Origin: Podarcis tiliguerta | Taxonomy: Eukaryota | Assembly (NCBI GenBank): GCA_965153285.1 | Contig: OZ229129.1 | Direction: 5' to 3' (one strand) | DNA: 64,000 nucleotides | In this document: positions 1 through 13,274 of the stretch, piece after piece | Position numbering within the stretch: the stretch's first letter is position 1 | Layout: each line of letters begins with the position of its first letter | Notes under the pieces: generated by a model | Told to the model about the DNA's origin: nothing | Databases searched by the model: none | Seen by the model: only the letters and a program-made list of their open reading frames with translations | Program-made: the position numbers and the translations under genes

Positions 1-750
1 ATCTGTCCAATATAGTCTCAAATGGGGTTGCAAATGACATCTCACCTGCAGCACTTGAATCTTCATCTGTTCGACAAACTAATTTCCTACAAGGCTGAAC
101 TTCAAAGTGCCAAAGAGGGTAGCAGATTATCTCTGAACAAAATAGGATCGCTCAGCAGACATTAATAATAAACCATTAAATCCTTCCATTGCAGATTATA
201 GGAATAAGAGATTTGAAACTAGCCACAACACTGAACAACAACTTGTTTTGCTGCAGAACATGTCTTAAGAGGCAAACAAATTTCAAAACCCACTTTAGAA
301 AATGACCCACTGTTCTATATTACAGAGAAGCTTTTGAAGTCAATTAGACCCTGATTATTTGTACACTGTAGACAAATATTTTAAAAAAACAAAATGATTT
401 TTATTTTATTTTTTTGCTGTGATCATCCACTTGTCAGCTTCCAGCTTAAAAAGGAGGGATATGAAAATAAACAAGCACATTTTCTATCCCTGTGAAGAGA
501 GCCCTTCCTTAAAGCATTTTAATCAAATCAGGGTTTGTACATATTAGTGGCAAAAATACAGTGGGGTTGTTACCACTCATGCTGCTATTTAAGTTGCATT
601 TTCACATTGCTGTACACATCAGAGAGAGGCAGGGGTGTCTTCATCAAATGTGCATTGCCTGATTTGTTTCCCCACGTCTGCAACCCACTGAACTCTTTTT
701 CAACAAAGTTGTTGGCTGCACATGTGCAATGGTATCTCAAATATTCACAC

Positions 751-914
751 CATAGCTGTCAACTTTCAGATTTGAAAATAAGGGATCAGCAGCCTCACCT
801 GTCCCGGGGACTGTCTACAGGACATCTAACTATCCGGGATAGCACTGGGAAGCAGCAGGAAACGGCGCTGGAATAAGGGAATTTCCCGCAAAAAAGTGAA
901 GGTTGACAGCTATG
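751..914. mobile_element. hAT-type MITE
   Basis: TIR catagctgtcaac / gttgacagctatg; 8-bp TSD attcacac/gttcacac. Confidence 0.88.
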
Positions 915-1214
915 GTTCACACCTCAGCTTAACTGCAGTTTATGTTGGATGGAAGCTAGTTTGAGGAATAATGCACCAAGCAGCATTATTTCTCAAGAAA
1001 CTACAGAATACCTATGGCTTGTGGCTAATGAAATTTGTACAAAGGCCAGGTAAAGAGGTCTGTCTTAAGGTAGCGTTTGGGAAAACTCCTAGTTCAAGCC
1101 ATGGAGAATCATTGCCAGCCACTATAGACAATACAAAGCTAGATCAATCAGTGAGTTTGACTCAGGCCACATTTATACCATACTTTTAAAGCACTATGGT
1201 GCCACTTCAAACAT

Positions 1215-1372
1215 GGGACTCAGCTACATTAGTAAAGAAAAAATGTTTTATACACATTATAACACTGTGACACCAGATGGCACTGTGGAGTCCTGTCTTT
1301 TGCCGACGTGATTTCCCAATATGATGTTTACAACGTGTTTAACTGAATCTCTATTTTGATGTGTCTAGATCC
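1215..1372. mobile_element. Short dispersed MITE-like repeat (copies at 13071-13234 and inverted near 19089-19243)
   Basis: gggactcagctaca...gtgtctagatcc recurs at 13071 and, more divergently, inverted at 19089; superfamily unresolved (possibly Harbinger). Confidence 0.65.
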
Positions 1373-2316
1373 AGCCAAGCACAGCTTTCCCCAAATAATT
1401 CTGGGTGCTGCATTTTGATAAGAGTGCTGAGCGTTCTTAGGAGACCCTATTCCCCTCAGAGAACCACAACCCCCCAAATTTCCTGGGAAGAGGGCTTGCC
1501 TGTTAAACCACTTTGGGAGTTGTAGTTGGGAGGGAAATAGGGGTCTCCTAACCACTGCTCCCAGAATTCTTCGGCTGAAGTGGTAACATAGAGCTTTAGA
1601 TATATGGTGAGACTGTGGCCACAGTATAAGGCAAGACAACTTTCTTTATTTCTTTTCCCCAGCCATCCATTCATTACAGACTGACACTAAACTTCTATCC
1701 TGATCAAAGAAACTATTTCTGCTCAGCGGAGAACATTGTTGGCTTTTCAAGCAGATTTCTTCTGCTTATTGGCTCTGATGGTGAGTCAAGGCGATCCACT
1801 CATTTCCTTCATTTTATATGACTTCCTTGACTGACTTTCTCCTCGAGGAGCTGGGCATGTTTGTCAACGGCAGTCATGTTGCAGCGATGTTGCATCGTGC
1901 TGCTAACCAGGACAAAATCAGAAGGAAGAATCAAAGGTGGTATAAAAAGAATTATTTTCCCCACTGCTGGAAGTTAACAGTCCTGTCTATTATTTTCCGA
2001 TGGCAGCAGAAGATTTGTTTAATTCCTGAAACAGCCTTGGGCAAGGGAATGGAACATTTATGCAATAATGAGCTAAATGACTGAAGAAGAGTCCGTCTGG
2101 ATTAAGCTGAATGCACACTGTGAGCTGTCCAACATCTTGCTTCCAATAGCAGTGAGCCATGTGTTTTTTTGCCAAGCCTACAAGCAGGACAGGGCAATAG
2201 CCCTGTGCCACAGTTTGTCCTCTAGAATCTAGCATTCGGAGGTATCACCTGACATAGAGATCCCTTTTTATTACCCCTCCCTTTAATAGCAAGCTCAAGC
2301 ATTGAGTTCCAATGCC

Positions 2317-2795
2317 CAGTGGTTCTCAAAAGGGTGTGGCATGCTGCATTACTGTGGCAGGGAAGGGTGGCAAGTGTAGAGATAAGATTCAAGGACAATT
2401 AAATAAACATTTAAAAATTTCAATGTAGTATAGTATAGCATCAAATAAAATTCTTTATTTGCCGAATATAGATAGGTATCTTTTCAAAGTGAAAGCAAGA
2501 GTATCTCACCGCTTGTTGAGTTTGTATACATACTGAGGGTACATTTGTAAGATGCTCATTTGTAACTACATTTTGGGAATGAATCTTGTTCGTAGCGGCA
2601 TTGTTTCAAACTTTCTGGATGTCTCATGATCCTATCATATAGTCGTCATGTTCCATGTTATAAATCAAGCACTGCTAGGAGTTGTTTGTGATTTTCCCTT
2701 TCAATGCATTTCTTATCAATTAAAAAATTGGTTTGGTGTGAGCAGATTTTTATTCTGAAAGTGTGGCCCAGAGCAAAAAGGTTTGAGAACCACTG
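2317..2795. mobile_element. hAT (Charlie-like) non-autonomous DNA transposon
   Basis: Perfect 14-bp TIR cagtggttctcaaa / tttgagaaccactg; TSD not recognisable. Confidence 0.75.
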
Positions 2796-3514
2796 GGTTT
2801 GACAGTTAAAATGGGGACTCTGGGAAACAAAAGAGAGGTGTCTGCAAGGTCAGGGGAAACCCAAATTTTATGTAAGTGCCAAAATCCTTCCATAAGGTCA
2901 CTTCCCCCTCCCGGCAACAGTACAAAGGGGTCTGAGTATGTTCATGGGTCCCAGAATACTCTCTGCCTGTTAGAGGGAAGAATGGAAATAATGCAAGGAA
3001 CATAATCCTGGAACATGGCATGGGGGGGGGGCTGCAACTCTGAAAAGGAGCACTTTATGCTGCAACACTGGGTTGCAGGTTCCATGTGTAAATGCCAGTG
3101 GGCATTCATAGATGATTCTCCATTAATTTGACTACTTCCCATTTTAAAGCTAAGTATGACAAAGAAGCCCTAACCTAAGGACAGCATATTTTGGAAGACC
3201 AGTAAATGAAGATACATGTGTATGTTTCTTTCTAATGATATATACTGCTGTATATATAAATATCATAATATTTCAATATCCAAACTATCCTCATTCTTAA
3301 AAGTAATTATGCAGGCTGCAATCCAGCTGAGTTTACTCTATCTGCATATAAGCAAAATTTCAGCAGTCCAAGAGTCACAAATTTGACTGATCATTTCTAA
3401 AATCAGTGACGTTCCATGGTGATGTTTAAGGGTTGCATCCAACTACATTCTACTCAGAGTAAATTCATTGGAATTAATGGACCTGAGATAGTCTATTAAT
3501 TTCAGTGGGTCTAT

Positions 3515-4220
3515 CTTTTTGGATAACATTTTTATTGATTTTTACATAACAAATTTAAATTCACATCCATCCATCACCTCCTCATTTAGGATTTTCTGAA
3601 TCCCTTGACTTCCCTCTGCCCTTCCATGGTTATCATTATCAATCCAATTTTCTATCTGCTTATCTTATTTTCTCTAATTTATTAAAAGTATATTGCCAAT
3701 TTCCCTCCTTTTTTTGTACATTACAAGCATTACTCGAATCCTGCCAACGTTTTTTAGTTGTTTACACTGTTCTCTTAAGTACATTATAGTTTTTTCCCAT
3801 TCTTAAAAATTTCCTCTTCCTGGTTTCTGATTTTCCCAGTCATTTTCGCCATTTCGGCATAGTCAATCATCTTCATCAGCTATTCCTCTCTGGTTGGAAC
3901 TTCGTCTTCTTTCCATCTCTGGGCCATTAGTATTCTCGCTGCTGTCGCTGCATACATGAATAATATTTTTTGCTCTCTCGGAATCTCTGTACCTGAAATG
4001 CCTTAAAAAAATGCCTCTGGTTTTTCCACAAATGTTATTTTAAACGTTTTTTTCAACTCATTATAAATCATTTCCCAGAATGCTTTAGTTATCTTGCACG
4101 GCCACCACATATGGTAGAATGTGCCTTCTTTCTCCTTACATTTCCAGAAAACATTAGAAGCACTTCTATACATTTTCGCTAATTTTACTGGTGTTAAATA
4201 CCACCTCTACATCATTTTGA
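3515..4220 (-). mobile_element. L1-clade LINE 3' fragment (ORF2 C-terminus + 3'UTR), decayed
   Basis: Minus strand encodes RWYLTPVKLAKMY...WKCKEKEGTFYHMWW.C (CCHC-like) and AARIL.AQRWK, with stops; AT-rich tail with AATAAA. Confidence 0.8.
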
Positions 4221-5419
4221 GCATTGGATAGTACCCTCAGGATTAATAAATTCAACCACACATAAAAACACATTTGGAAGAACAACACCCCCCCCCCACT
4301 CCATGAAAAAGGTAAAAATGTGAAATCTAAAGCAAGTACCCAGGAAAGCAGAGTTCGTGAGTCCCTGGATGTTCTTTTCCCACTGCTAACTGCTTCCCCC
4401 TGAAAATCGAAACAGCTTGTGACATATAGCGCAAAGTACTCAGAGTGAAGTCCCAGCTCCTAATATTGTATTTTCTTTTTGGAAGACAGACAGTTCTCTT
4501 ACCACATACACAAATATTGATCTGTTCTTCTTGGCTGCCTACTGTGACATTGCAGCCTTGCCGCTTTTTACACCAACAGAAGGTGTTTGTGATTTGTACG
4601 GTTGCCATCCTTTTACAATAATATTACTGAGGCATAAGATTTGGTTCCAGGAATTTTCTGCATCTGGCATATCCAAGCTAAAACATTTCTTGAAGCAACC
4701 CAGGAGGAAGAAGAGATGAGGACTGGTGTGGATTTTTCTTGCAAAAGGGAGAAAGCTGTTAAAACAAACACCGCAAATATATCCCAGACCTTAGAACAAT
4801 ACAATATCTTCTCCCTGTAATTGAATCAAAATATTTGCTCTACAAATGGGGGAAGACTTCGTAAATCCGTGGCTTCAGATGAGAGTGGTCTTTTTGAAAC
4901 TCAGATATATAATAGATCAAAAGGCATTAAATTCCCAGCATACCTAAAACGCCATATTCTCCAAGGTACGTAACAGCCTTTCCAAATAAAATCTTAAGTA
5001 AGCTTTATGAAAATAACTGTTGTAAAGGTGGGAAATGTATAGGTTTTATGTAATGTGCTGTTTCTCAGTTGTTGACCTCAGTACACTTGAACTTGTAGTG
5101 TGGATCTTCTGTAGCTTTTAAATAAAGTCACTCCCTTCTTAAGGAACTCTGGCCATTGTAGCACTGTGAGCACGAGAACAAAGGCAGTAGGGATCAGAGT
5201 TAATGTATCTTATTTCCTCAAGTACCTTAAGAGTCCCACTGTGTCTGGTATGTTCAAAGGCAACTGGTTATTCAAGATTATGGTCCTTTTCATCCCCAGC
5301 CACACTTTTAGGTTTACTTATATTTCTGCCACTTGGCTCCTCACTGAAGTAGGCTGCCCCAGAACCTCTCTTCTTGGTTTCCTCCTCCCTTAATAATGCC
5401 TGCCATCCCTTCTTATTCA

Positions 5420-5495
5420 GATGCATTCCTGCATTGCAGGGGGTTGGACTAGATGGCCCTTGTGGTCCCTTCCAACTCAATTATTCTGTGATTCA
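5420..5495 (+). mobile_element. CR1 3' terminal stub (similar stubs near 14238-14288, 32369-32415, 46705-46765, and on the minus strand 54293-54360)
   Basis: attcctgcattgcagggggttggactagatggccc...ggtcccttccaactc...attctgtgattc. Confidence 0.8.
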
Positions 5496-5530
5496 GTGAT
5501 TATAATTAATCTGTTGGTATCATAGGCCCC

Positions 5531-6114
5531 TGGAAGCTGTCACCATGCCACAGCAGCCACACCCTGGGAACAGCTTCAACTGGCCGACTAAACCAGTTGA
5601 CCGTAGGCAGTGGGTCTTGGTGAGTTAAGGACTTCTCTTGCATGCAAAGACAGGCTCTGGCAGATTGAGTAAACAAGACCAATATTTGGTCCAGGGGTCA
5701 AGAAGGCATTTCTGCACAGTGGTGAAGATGGGGCTCATCAACCTGGGAAGGTAGCCCATCTAGGAGAAGGAAAACTCTTATCCTAAACCTCTGCTGCCTT
5801 GCAGAATATCTTCAGAAGAAGAAAAAGCTAAGGAGTGAACCCTATGCAAATCTGGTATGGAGTCCGTAAGACAGTTGGATGGTGCCTTGTACGCATCCTT
5901 CCAGCAACAACTGCAGTTAAATTGGTGCCAAACATATTGTTCTGCTTTTCTTTGGACCATATCAGTGAAGCCGAGAGGGGGGCCTTGTCGTTTGGATAGC
6001 CCAGGACCACCAGACAAATTGCCCAGTCCTGCATCCTGGGAAGGTCACTTTGGTGCTACTAATGCAGCAGTGTGACTTTAACCCCAGAGTTAAAGACAGA
6101 TGGATGCCAACAGC
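5531..6114 (+). mobile_element. Non-autonomous, internally deleted RTE-type retroelement (5'UTR-like region fused to an RTE 3' tail)
   Basis: 12-bp direct repeat ATCATAGGCCCC at 5519-5530 and 6115-6126. Contains the RTE-type motif cccatctaggagaaggaaaactct. Ends agacagatggatgccaaca, the same tail as 15118-15137. Confidence 0.6.
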
Positions 6115-6344
6115 ATCATAGGCCCCATCTGCACTGTACATGCAATGTGGCATCATACTGCTTTCAACAGTTATGGCTTCCCCAGGGAGTTGTAGATTGT
6201 TGATTTTGAGATCCCGCACAATACAACAAACCCCGCCCCCCAATATGATTTTTGCAGTAGGGAAAGTGACAGGAGGGTGCAGTAGAAAGTGTGACATAAC
6301 ATTATCTAACCTCCTCACAAACCAATCAGAATGAATCCTCAATA

Positions 6345-6721
6345 GCCTGGAGAAGAGGAGACTGACAGGAGATATGAAAACCATATTCGAATATATTAAT
6401 GGCCGTCACATAGAAGAGGAAGCATGCTTGTTTTCTCCTGCTCTGGAAGGTAGGACTTGAACCAATGGCTTCAAGTTACAAGAAAGGAGATTCCAACTAA
6501 ACATTTGGAAAAGCTTTCTGACAGTCAGAGCTGTTTGGCAGTGGAACAGACTCCCACGAGAGGTGGTGGGCTCTCCTTCCTTGGAGGTTTGTAAGCAGAG
6601 GTTGGATGGCCATCTGTCATGGATGCTTTAGCTGAGATTCCTGCATTGCAGGGGTTGGACTAGATGATCCTTGGGTCCCTTCCAATTCTAAGATTCTAAG
6701 ATTTTATGATTCTTTGATTCT
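6345..6721 (+). mobile_element. CR1 LINE 3' end
   Basis: LEKRRL.GDM-like RT end, ggtcccttccaa hairpin and (ATTCTRTG)n-like tail. Confidence 0.9.
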
Positions 6722-7594
6722 AAACAGGTGGTCTGGAAGTATGGGTGAGGGAGAGATTGATTCAGTTTGCATTTAATGGTGAATCTACAAAAAAAAAAAA
6801 AAAATCACAGTGAAATAATACATGAACGAAAACACAGCTATCCTTTAGAATTCTCTGTAACCCGAATTTTGTGATGTAGTTGTCCGGTCAAACTATGGGT
6901 ACAAAAATATTAGGGGAAAGTATGCATTAAACAATGTATTATGGAAAATGGCATAACAAAATGCATTGTATATGGGGAAACAGCTTGCAAAAAAGTGTAC
7001 ATGAGTTAAAACTATATGAAAATGAGAATGGCGGAGGGGGGGGTGTCACAAATTGCAGAGAACCACATCTAAGTCTGGAAAAATGAGAAACGGACAGGGT
7101 CAAAATGGACAGATACTTCTATCTCTGTTTGAAAGCAATCTCAGAGAGAATGTTTGCTATTTAGTACAGGCTAGAACCTGCTCTGCACTTGTCCCTCTGC
7201 GGATGTTAGAAATAGGATGCTTTTGATCCTTCTGCTCTTTTGAATTGGTCCATCTGGAATGTGGCTGATCCCTGCTCTCATTTCCATTATCTGGGTTGAT
7301 CTAGGAATGTTGTGTGGGGAAGAACGAACCTGCCTTTGTTACTGTACCTATCAAAACCAGCCCGGTCATTTCCAGCCACACAATTTTATGATCCTAGAAA
7401 ATAAATTTTGAAATTCCCCCAGAAACATGAAAAGCAGAATACTAGGTTTTGTGACTCATTTCCTAAGCAGACGTAAAAGAAAATATGTTGTGTTTTTTAT
7501 CACTGTAATATAAAAGGGAAGGATCTATCATTCTGGTAAATCGATAGAAGAAACAGATGTCCCAGGAAGTGATGGTTGATTTTCTTTGAAGGAT

Positions 7595-7775
7595 ATTTAC
7601 TGCTTGTTTATCTCACCTTTGCTTAAGTACCATACACACTTTCCCCTCCAGTCCTTTAATCTTCACAACAATCAAGTAAGATGGGTTTGTCTTGAAGAAA
7701 GTAACCTGCCCATGATCACCCAGTGAGCTCCATGGCTGAGTGGAGACTTAAACTGAGGTCCCTCTCTTCCTAGTC
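7595..7775 (-). mobile_element. MIR/CORE-like SINE remnant (similar remnants near 11605-11700 +, 27975-28062 -, 34755-34970 +)
   Basis: cttcacaaca...cccatgatcacccagtgagctccatggctgagtggagacttaaac, the reverse of a CORE-SINE head and core. Confidence 0.6.
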
Positions 7776-8395
7776 TTCAGATATGTATGCACCATACATT
7801 TAAAGGACAACAAAAGCATGTCACACCCACTCAAAAGAATCCTGAGACCTGTAGGTGATCAAGAATGCTGGGAATGGTAGCTCTCCAAGTAGTAAACTAC
7901 AGTTCTCAGGATTCTTAGTGGTTTTGATGTGCTTTATGGCACGCATGCAACCTGACACTAATTCCTAAAGAGAAGTTTGGCTTGGAAAAAGACTGAAGTC
8001 TTTAATCAAAGCTCCTGTTTGTGTTTGCTGTAAGAAGGACAAGCAACAACATGATGCTTAAGCAATTGCTTGTCACCTGCTGGATGCAAAAATCCATCTG
8101 ATTGTTATTAAGGTTGATTAAATTTGCAATGCTGATAGATCTGTAGCAAGTCTCCCCCTCTACCTTCCCATGGCTTGAGGTGATGTCATCAAAGTGTGCG
8201 ACAATAACATTGGCAGGGCTGGAACTGGGGTCGAAAGAGTCCCAACTTTCTGGGAGATTTCTGATTCACTCTAGAATAAATTCAATGTTACATTTTAATT
8301 ACAATTCTGAGTCCTGCGGCTTCCATACTCAGCTTGCTACCTGTATGCCTAGGCACCTCAGGGCAGTTGGGGAAATGTATAATGACAGCTCATAA

Positions 8396-8737
8396 CAGAC
8401 CCTCCAAGTGTTCCTATTCTCCAGGGACATTTTTTATTTAGAGAAGCCGTCCCAGTTTCTGATTTGATCTTGGAATGTCCCGCTTTCCCTAGGACGGCCC
8501 TATTTTCATTGGAGAAACTTATGGAATTATCCAACCCCTGAGCCATCTGAAGGCAATCCTGTATAGGGAAGTTTTTGGGTTTTTTTAACATTTAATATTT
8601 TATTATGTTTTTATATATATTGGCAGCTGCCCAGAGTGGCTTGGGCAACCCAGTAAAGTGTGTGGGGTATAAATAGTAAAATTATCATTTTGGAATGGGA
8701 CATCCCTATTTTCATCAGAGAAATGTTGGCGGGTATG
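8396..8737. mobile_element. hAT-like MITE
   Basis: Ends cagaccctccaag / gttggcgggtatg; internally repeated ccctattttcat motif. Confidence 0.65.
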
Positions 8738-9429
8738 AACTGTCTGCTACCTGGAGTGGGAACCCCAGAACTGGCATTGGCACCACTGGGATCTTCCAGG
8801 AGCCCTGGAGCCCTGGCAGGTGCCTGCTAGTGTCAGGAGGTGCTGACGCCAGGCCTGGATAGCTGCATCATATACTTTCAGATCTTATCCCATGCAGAGA
8901 TTTCTTCCTGATTTACTTACCACACCACATTTGTTTTTCAATGTGTTTGTGTAGCAACGGGGACTGTACGTTGTCACAAATGACTCAAGGTAATTCTTAT
9001 CGTAGCAGTGTTTTCCCTTTCTGATTAAATGTCTGCAGGCTCCTCATACCTCAGCCAGACATTTATTTACATACCCCTCTCTTGCCCTGCTTCCTCCGTG
9101 CACTGGCTACATTTCTCATCATTAGTTTTGCTTTTGCAGCCACAATTTTATTCGTTAATCTTGCAAACTGAGTGCAGGTCAAGATGGCTGCATGCCAGCA
9201 TTATAGGTTGCGGGGAGCAAAACGAAAAATGAAAAACAAGCAGCACGTGTCAAGATGAGATGGGAATTACAGGAAGGTTCTGGTACCTTGCCAAATAGCA
9301 ATGCATAATGCCTACTCTGTTGTCAGATAAACGTGGCCTGACTCCCATACCTTTTGGGACGTTTCCCATTAGTACTGCTCTCAGAAGGCTACAGGAAGAG
9401 GGGTTTGTTTGTTTGTTTGTTTGACCAAG

Positions 9430-9907
9430 GTTGTTGTTGTTTAGTCATTTAGTCGTGTCCGACTCTTCGTGACCCCATGGAACAGATCACGCCAGGCCCT
9501 CCTGTCTTCCACTGCCTCCCACAGTTTGGTCAGACTCATGTTTGTAGCGTCGAGAACACTGTCCCACCATCTCTCCCTCTGTCGTCCCCTTCTCCTTGTG
9601 CCCTCCATCTTTCCCAACATCAGGGTCTTTTCCAGGGAGTCTTCTCTTCTCATGAGGTGGCCAAAGTACTGGAGCCTCAGCTTCAGGATCTGTCCTTCCA
9701 GTGAGCACTCAGGCTGATTTCCTTCAGAATGGAGAGGTTTGATCTTCTTGCAGTCCATGGGACTCTCCAGAGTCTCCTCCAGCACCATAATTCAAAAGCA
9801 TCAATTCTTCAGTGATCAGCCTTCTTTATGGTCCAGCTCTCACTTCCATACATCACTACTGGGAAAACCATAGCTATAACTATACGGACCTTTGTTGGCA
9901 GGGTGAT
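9430..9907 (-). mobile_element. BovB (RTE clade) LINE 3' fragment
   Basis: ORF 9441-9788 encodes the BovB C-terminus (LKLRLQYFGHLMRREDSLEKTLMLGKMEG...HGVTKSRTRLND) followed by a (CAA)n tail. Confidence 0.93.
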
Positions 9908-9989
9908 TAACTCAAAGCAAACCTTGTAGGCCACTGCCAGTCAGTGAAAACAATACTGAGCTAAATAACCCAATGGAGTGGAGTGCCTT

Positions 9990-10634
9990 CCATCAGATGT
10001 GCACTTATCTGGACAGGGATAGCCTAACATCTGTTGTCTACGCTCTGGAAACCTCTAGGTTAGATTACTGGTACTACCTGAAAACGGGTTTGGAAACTGT
10101 AGCTGGTGCAAGATCAGCGGTCAGGTTGCTCATCGGGGCAAAATGGTTTGAACATATCACACTGATCCCAGCCCGGCTGCACTGACTGCCAGTTAGCTTC
10201 CTGGACCAATTCAAAGTGCTGGTTTTGCATTATAAAGCCTTAAACAGCTCAGGACCGCAATACCTCCAGGACTACCTCTCTCCACATGAACCTACCTGGA
10301 CCCTGCAAATAATCATCTGAGGCCCGGGGATGGGACAACACAAAAATGGGCCTTTTCTGCAGTGGCTCCCCATATGTGGAATGCTTTGCCCAGAGAGGTT
10401 CGTCTGGCTCCTTCATTAAATATATTTAGGTGCCAGGCTCAAACGTTTCTCTTCAACTGAGACTTTGGCTGATTAACATTCTATGTCCTTTTAAATGTGT
10501 TTCTGGCAGGGAGGTTAATGGTTTGGTTTGGTTTTATTATGTTATTTTGTATTTTGTGTTCTTATTTTGTACTTTTTATGTTGTGAACTGCCCTGTGATC
10601 TTTGAATGAAAGATGGTATACAGAATGAATGAAT
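9990..10634 (+). mobile_element. L2-clade LINE 3' fragment
   Basis: ALETSRLDY and HITLI.ARLH.LPV..QFKVLVL.YKAL motifs; tail aatgaatgaatg. Confidence 0.8.
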
Positions 10635-11357
10635 GTGCTTCCTATGTGCCAGTTTTAGCTGCTAGTAGCTGGGGCCCACCAACTGCGTTAAAATTAGCCA
10701 ATTGGGAGCGGGGGCATGGAGGTAATCATTAACATTTTGCAATATATGTTTTTTCCTCCTAAAAGAAAACCTGCAGCTGGAGGCATTATGGATGCACAAC
10801 TTCCTGCAAAGCAATTAGAAATATGATGAAATGAAACCTGGGTACACAGACATAAAAAGACTTATGAATATCAATGCTGGAGAGACCTACTCAACTATAA
10901 CAGGAGCAGTATTTCAAAATGCACCTTCTGCTTCCAAGCACTTCTTTTCTTTCAGAGAGAAAAAAGGGAAAGGAAAGAAAGGAGAAATTTTCAGCACCCT
11001 CTTGATAGCATTCAAGACTTTCCACCTCTGTTTCTCTCTTTTAAAAAAAGCAATTCTGAGAAATAATAATAACAATAATATGGAAATACTTATTTTGCAA
11101 TCACTTTTAGCTGCTGGGCTAAAACTGGTAGTTTAGCAATAATTCTCAGACCCAGGATCTGGGTTTACTGGGCCAGCAATGGGCAGTTCCCAGCAGTGGT
11201 ATCTGGTGATCACTAGGACTGGTTGGAAGGCAGAGGAGCTAACAGGAGCTGCAGCCAGAGTCAATGCCAGGCATAATCCAACTATGATACCACATTAAGC
11301 AGTCATGGTTTCCCTCAAAGAATTATAGGAGCTGTAGTTCATTAAGGGTTCTAAGTA

Positions 11358-11585
11358 CTGTAGTTTTCCGTGTATAAGACAATGGTTTTTTATTGTAAAT
11401 GAATGTTAAAAATTGGGGGTGAGTGATTTTTGGCAATCCCCCCCCCAAAAGCTCAACAACTCTGGGCAATCCCCCCCAAAAAGCTTAAGAACTCTGGGAA
11501 ATCTCCCCCTATTTTCTTAATTTTGGGTCCCCAAAAATAGGGGTCGTCTTATACACGGGGGTGTGTTATACATGGAAAAATATGG
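11358..11585. mobile_element. Tc1/pogo-type MITE with an internal ~33-bp tandem repeat
   Basis: Ends ctgtagttttccgtgtataagac / gtgttatacatggaaaaatatgg with TA flanks; ggcaatcccccccaaaagctcaacaactctg x~2.5 at 11432-11510. Confidence 0.8.
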
Positions 11586-12557
11586 TATATTGTACTGTGA
11601 TATACAGAGGTGCTGCAATGTACAGGTTAGGGCCTAGGAGACCTGGGTTCAAAACCTCACTCAGCCTTTAAGCCCACTGTATGCCCCGGAGCAATTGCTG
11701 TGATTTCTACTTTGGTGAATGATGTCTGCTGCCTGCAATCTTCTGTCTACTTACATGAGAGTAAGTTGCATCAAGCTCCTTTCTTAATTCAACTGGGAAA
11801 CAAATCAGTGTGGTTGATGCAGTATTAAAGCAGCATTACTCACAAGGGAAGGGGATGGTGTCCTAGATGCTGCACCAGCTCAAGGTCCCACTGTTCAGTC
11901 CCCACCTTTGGCATTCTGAAAGTCCCACTTAGGGCCGCACCCTTTGGACCCAACCCATACACCAACCAGAGCACACTTTAGGCGGACACCACAATTCTAA
12001 CTCTTTACTCCTGTTATTGCTTGCTCAGTGATGACATTGCTGGAACTCAAAGAGACTTCTCGGTGCTCTGGGGAGTGTGTTAATAGTGCCTTAGAACTGG
12101 ATTCAAAAGAAATTGGCTGGACCTCCAGGTCAAGTTATCAGCCTGTACATCAGGAACTTGGGGTTTATGGTGCCTCAAACACCACATGTCCGGTACACGT
12201 TGCACAGCATCTACGGTACTTCCTCTTGTGTACAATCTAACTACATTTCTAAAAAGAGTGGGTTAGGGAGGAATGAGATGGGGAAAGGAGGGAGACCAGA
12301 CCGTGTCTCCGCTTTTCTCTTTTATTGAAGAAGAACAGGATATTTTAATGCCATCATCATCACAGAGCTGTCTGTGGAGAGGAATGTATTGATTGAAAAT
12401 GTATTATAACTGTATTGTTACTTTTGAATAAATCTTTTTGGAATAACCTTTTTTTTAATAAATAAAAAAAAGGAAAGAGAACAAATTGTGGAGGTTGGTC
12501 CATTAGGCCAATGCCCCACTAATCTCAGCCTGCCCTCAGCCAGCCCCCTAGCTATGG

Positions 12558-12719
12558 GAAGGGTTGTAGCTCAGTAATAAGAGCATCTGCTTTGCATGCA
12601 GAAGGTCTCAGGTTCAACCCCAACCCCAGCCTGGAGATCGGCTGCCAGTTAGAGTAGACATTCCTGAGCTGGATGAACCAATGGTCCGGCTTGGTATAAG
12701 GCAGCTTCCTGTATTCCTG
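12558..12719 (+). mobile_element. Short tRNA-derived SINE (same family as 34971-35160)
   Basis: gtagctcagtaataagagcatctgctttgcatgcagaaggtctcaggttcaa...aaggcagcttcctgt. Confidence 0.8.
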
Positions 12720-13274
12720 TCCTGGGATTCATCCTCCCCCACCCCTATCCAATCTCTGTCTTTTGCAATAGGGGGACCAGCCATCACTGATCAAGGGATC
12801 TAACAAGCAGCACTGGCTACTACTCACTTTCTCAAGGTCAAGCCAGTTGTCATGCTCATCATGTAGTGCAGTCCTGTGTACCTGGTTGCTGGTTGGTATG
12901 TAGCCAGCATGGAAAAGTGGGGTGGGGAAGCTAGATCAGGACTGTGGCTAGGTATACCATACCTTTGAAGCACATTCCCCCACTTCAAAGAATTCAGGAC
13001 ATTGCCATTTATTAAGGGTAGCAAGGAATTGCAACTCAGAGTAATCTGTAGTGCAGAACCCTAGGGACAGGGGACTCAGCTACACTGGCAAAGAAAAAGC
13101 GCTTCATATGCGCTGTATATACATTATAACACTCTGACACCAGATGGGGCTATGGGAGTTCTGTTTTTGCCAATTTCTCTTACAAACTTTACAACGCGTT
13201 TAACTGAAACGCTTCTTTGCTGTGTCTAGAATCCAGTGAGAGAAAGCCTAATAAGTGAATCCATCCTGCTTCAT

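Noticed and set aside
11432-11510. CRISPR-like or regularly spaced repeat array
   Set aside because: Short tandem repeat without unique spacers inside a MITE; eukaryotic context with no cas genes.
12558-12625. tRNA genes here and near 21840, 30995, 34971 and 51360
   Set aside because: Degenerate tRNA-like heads continue into shared SINE bodies and tails; no intact cloverleaf.
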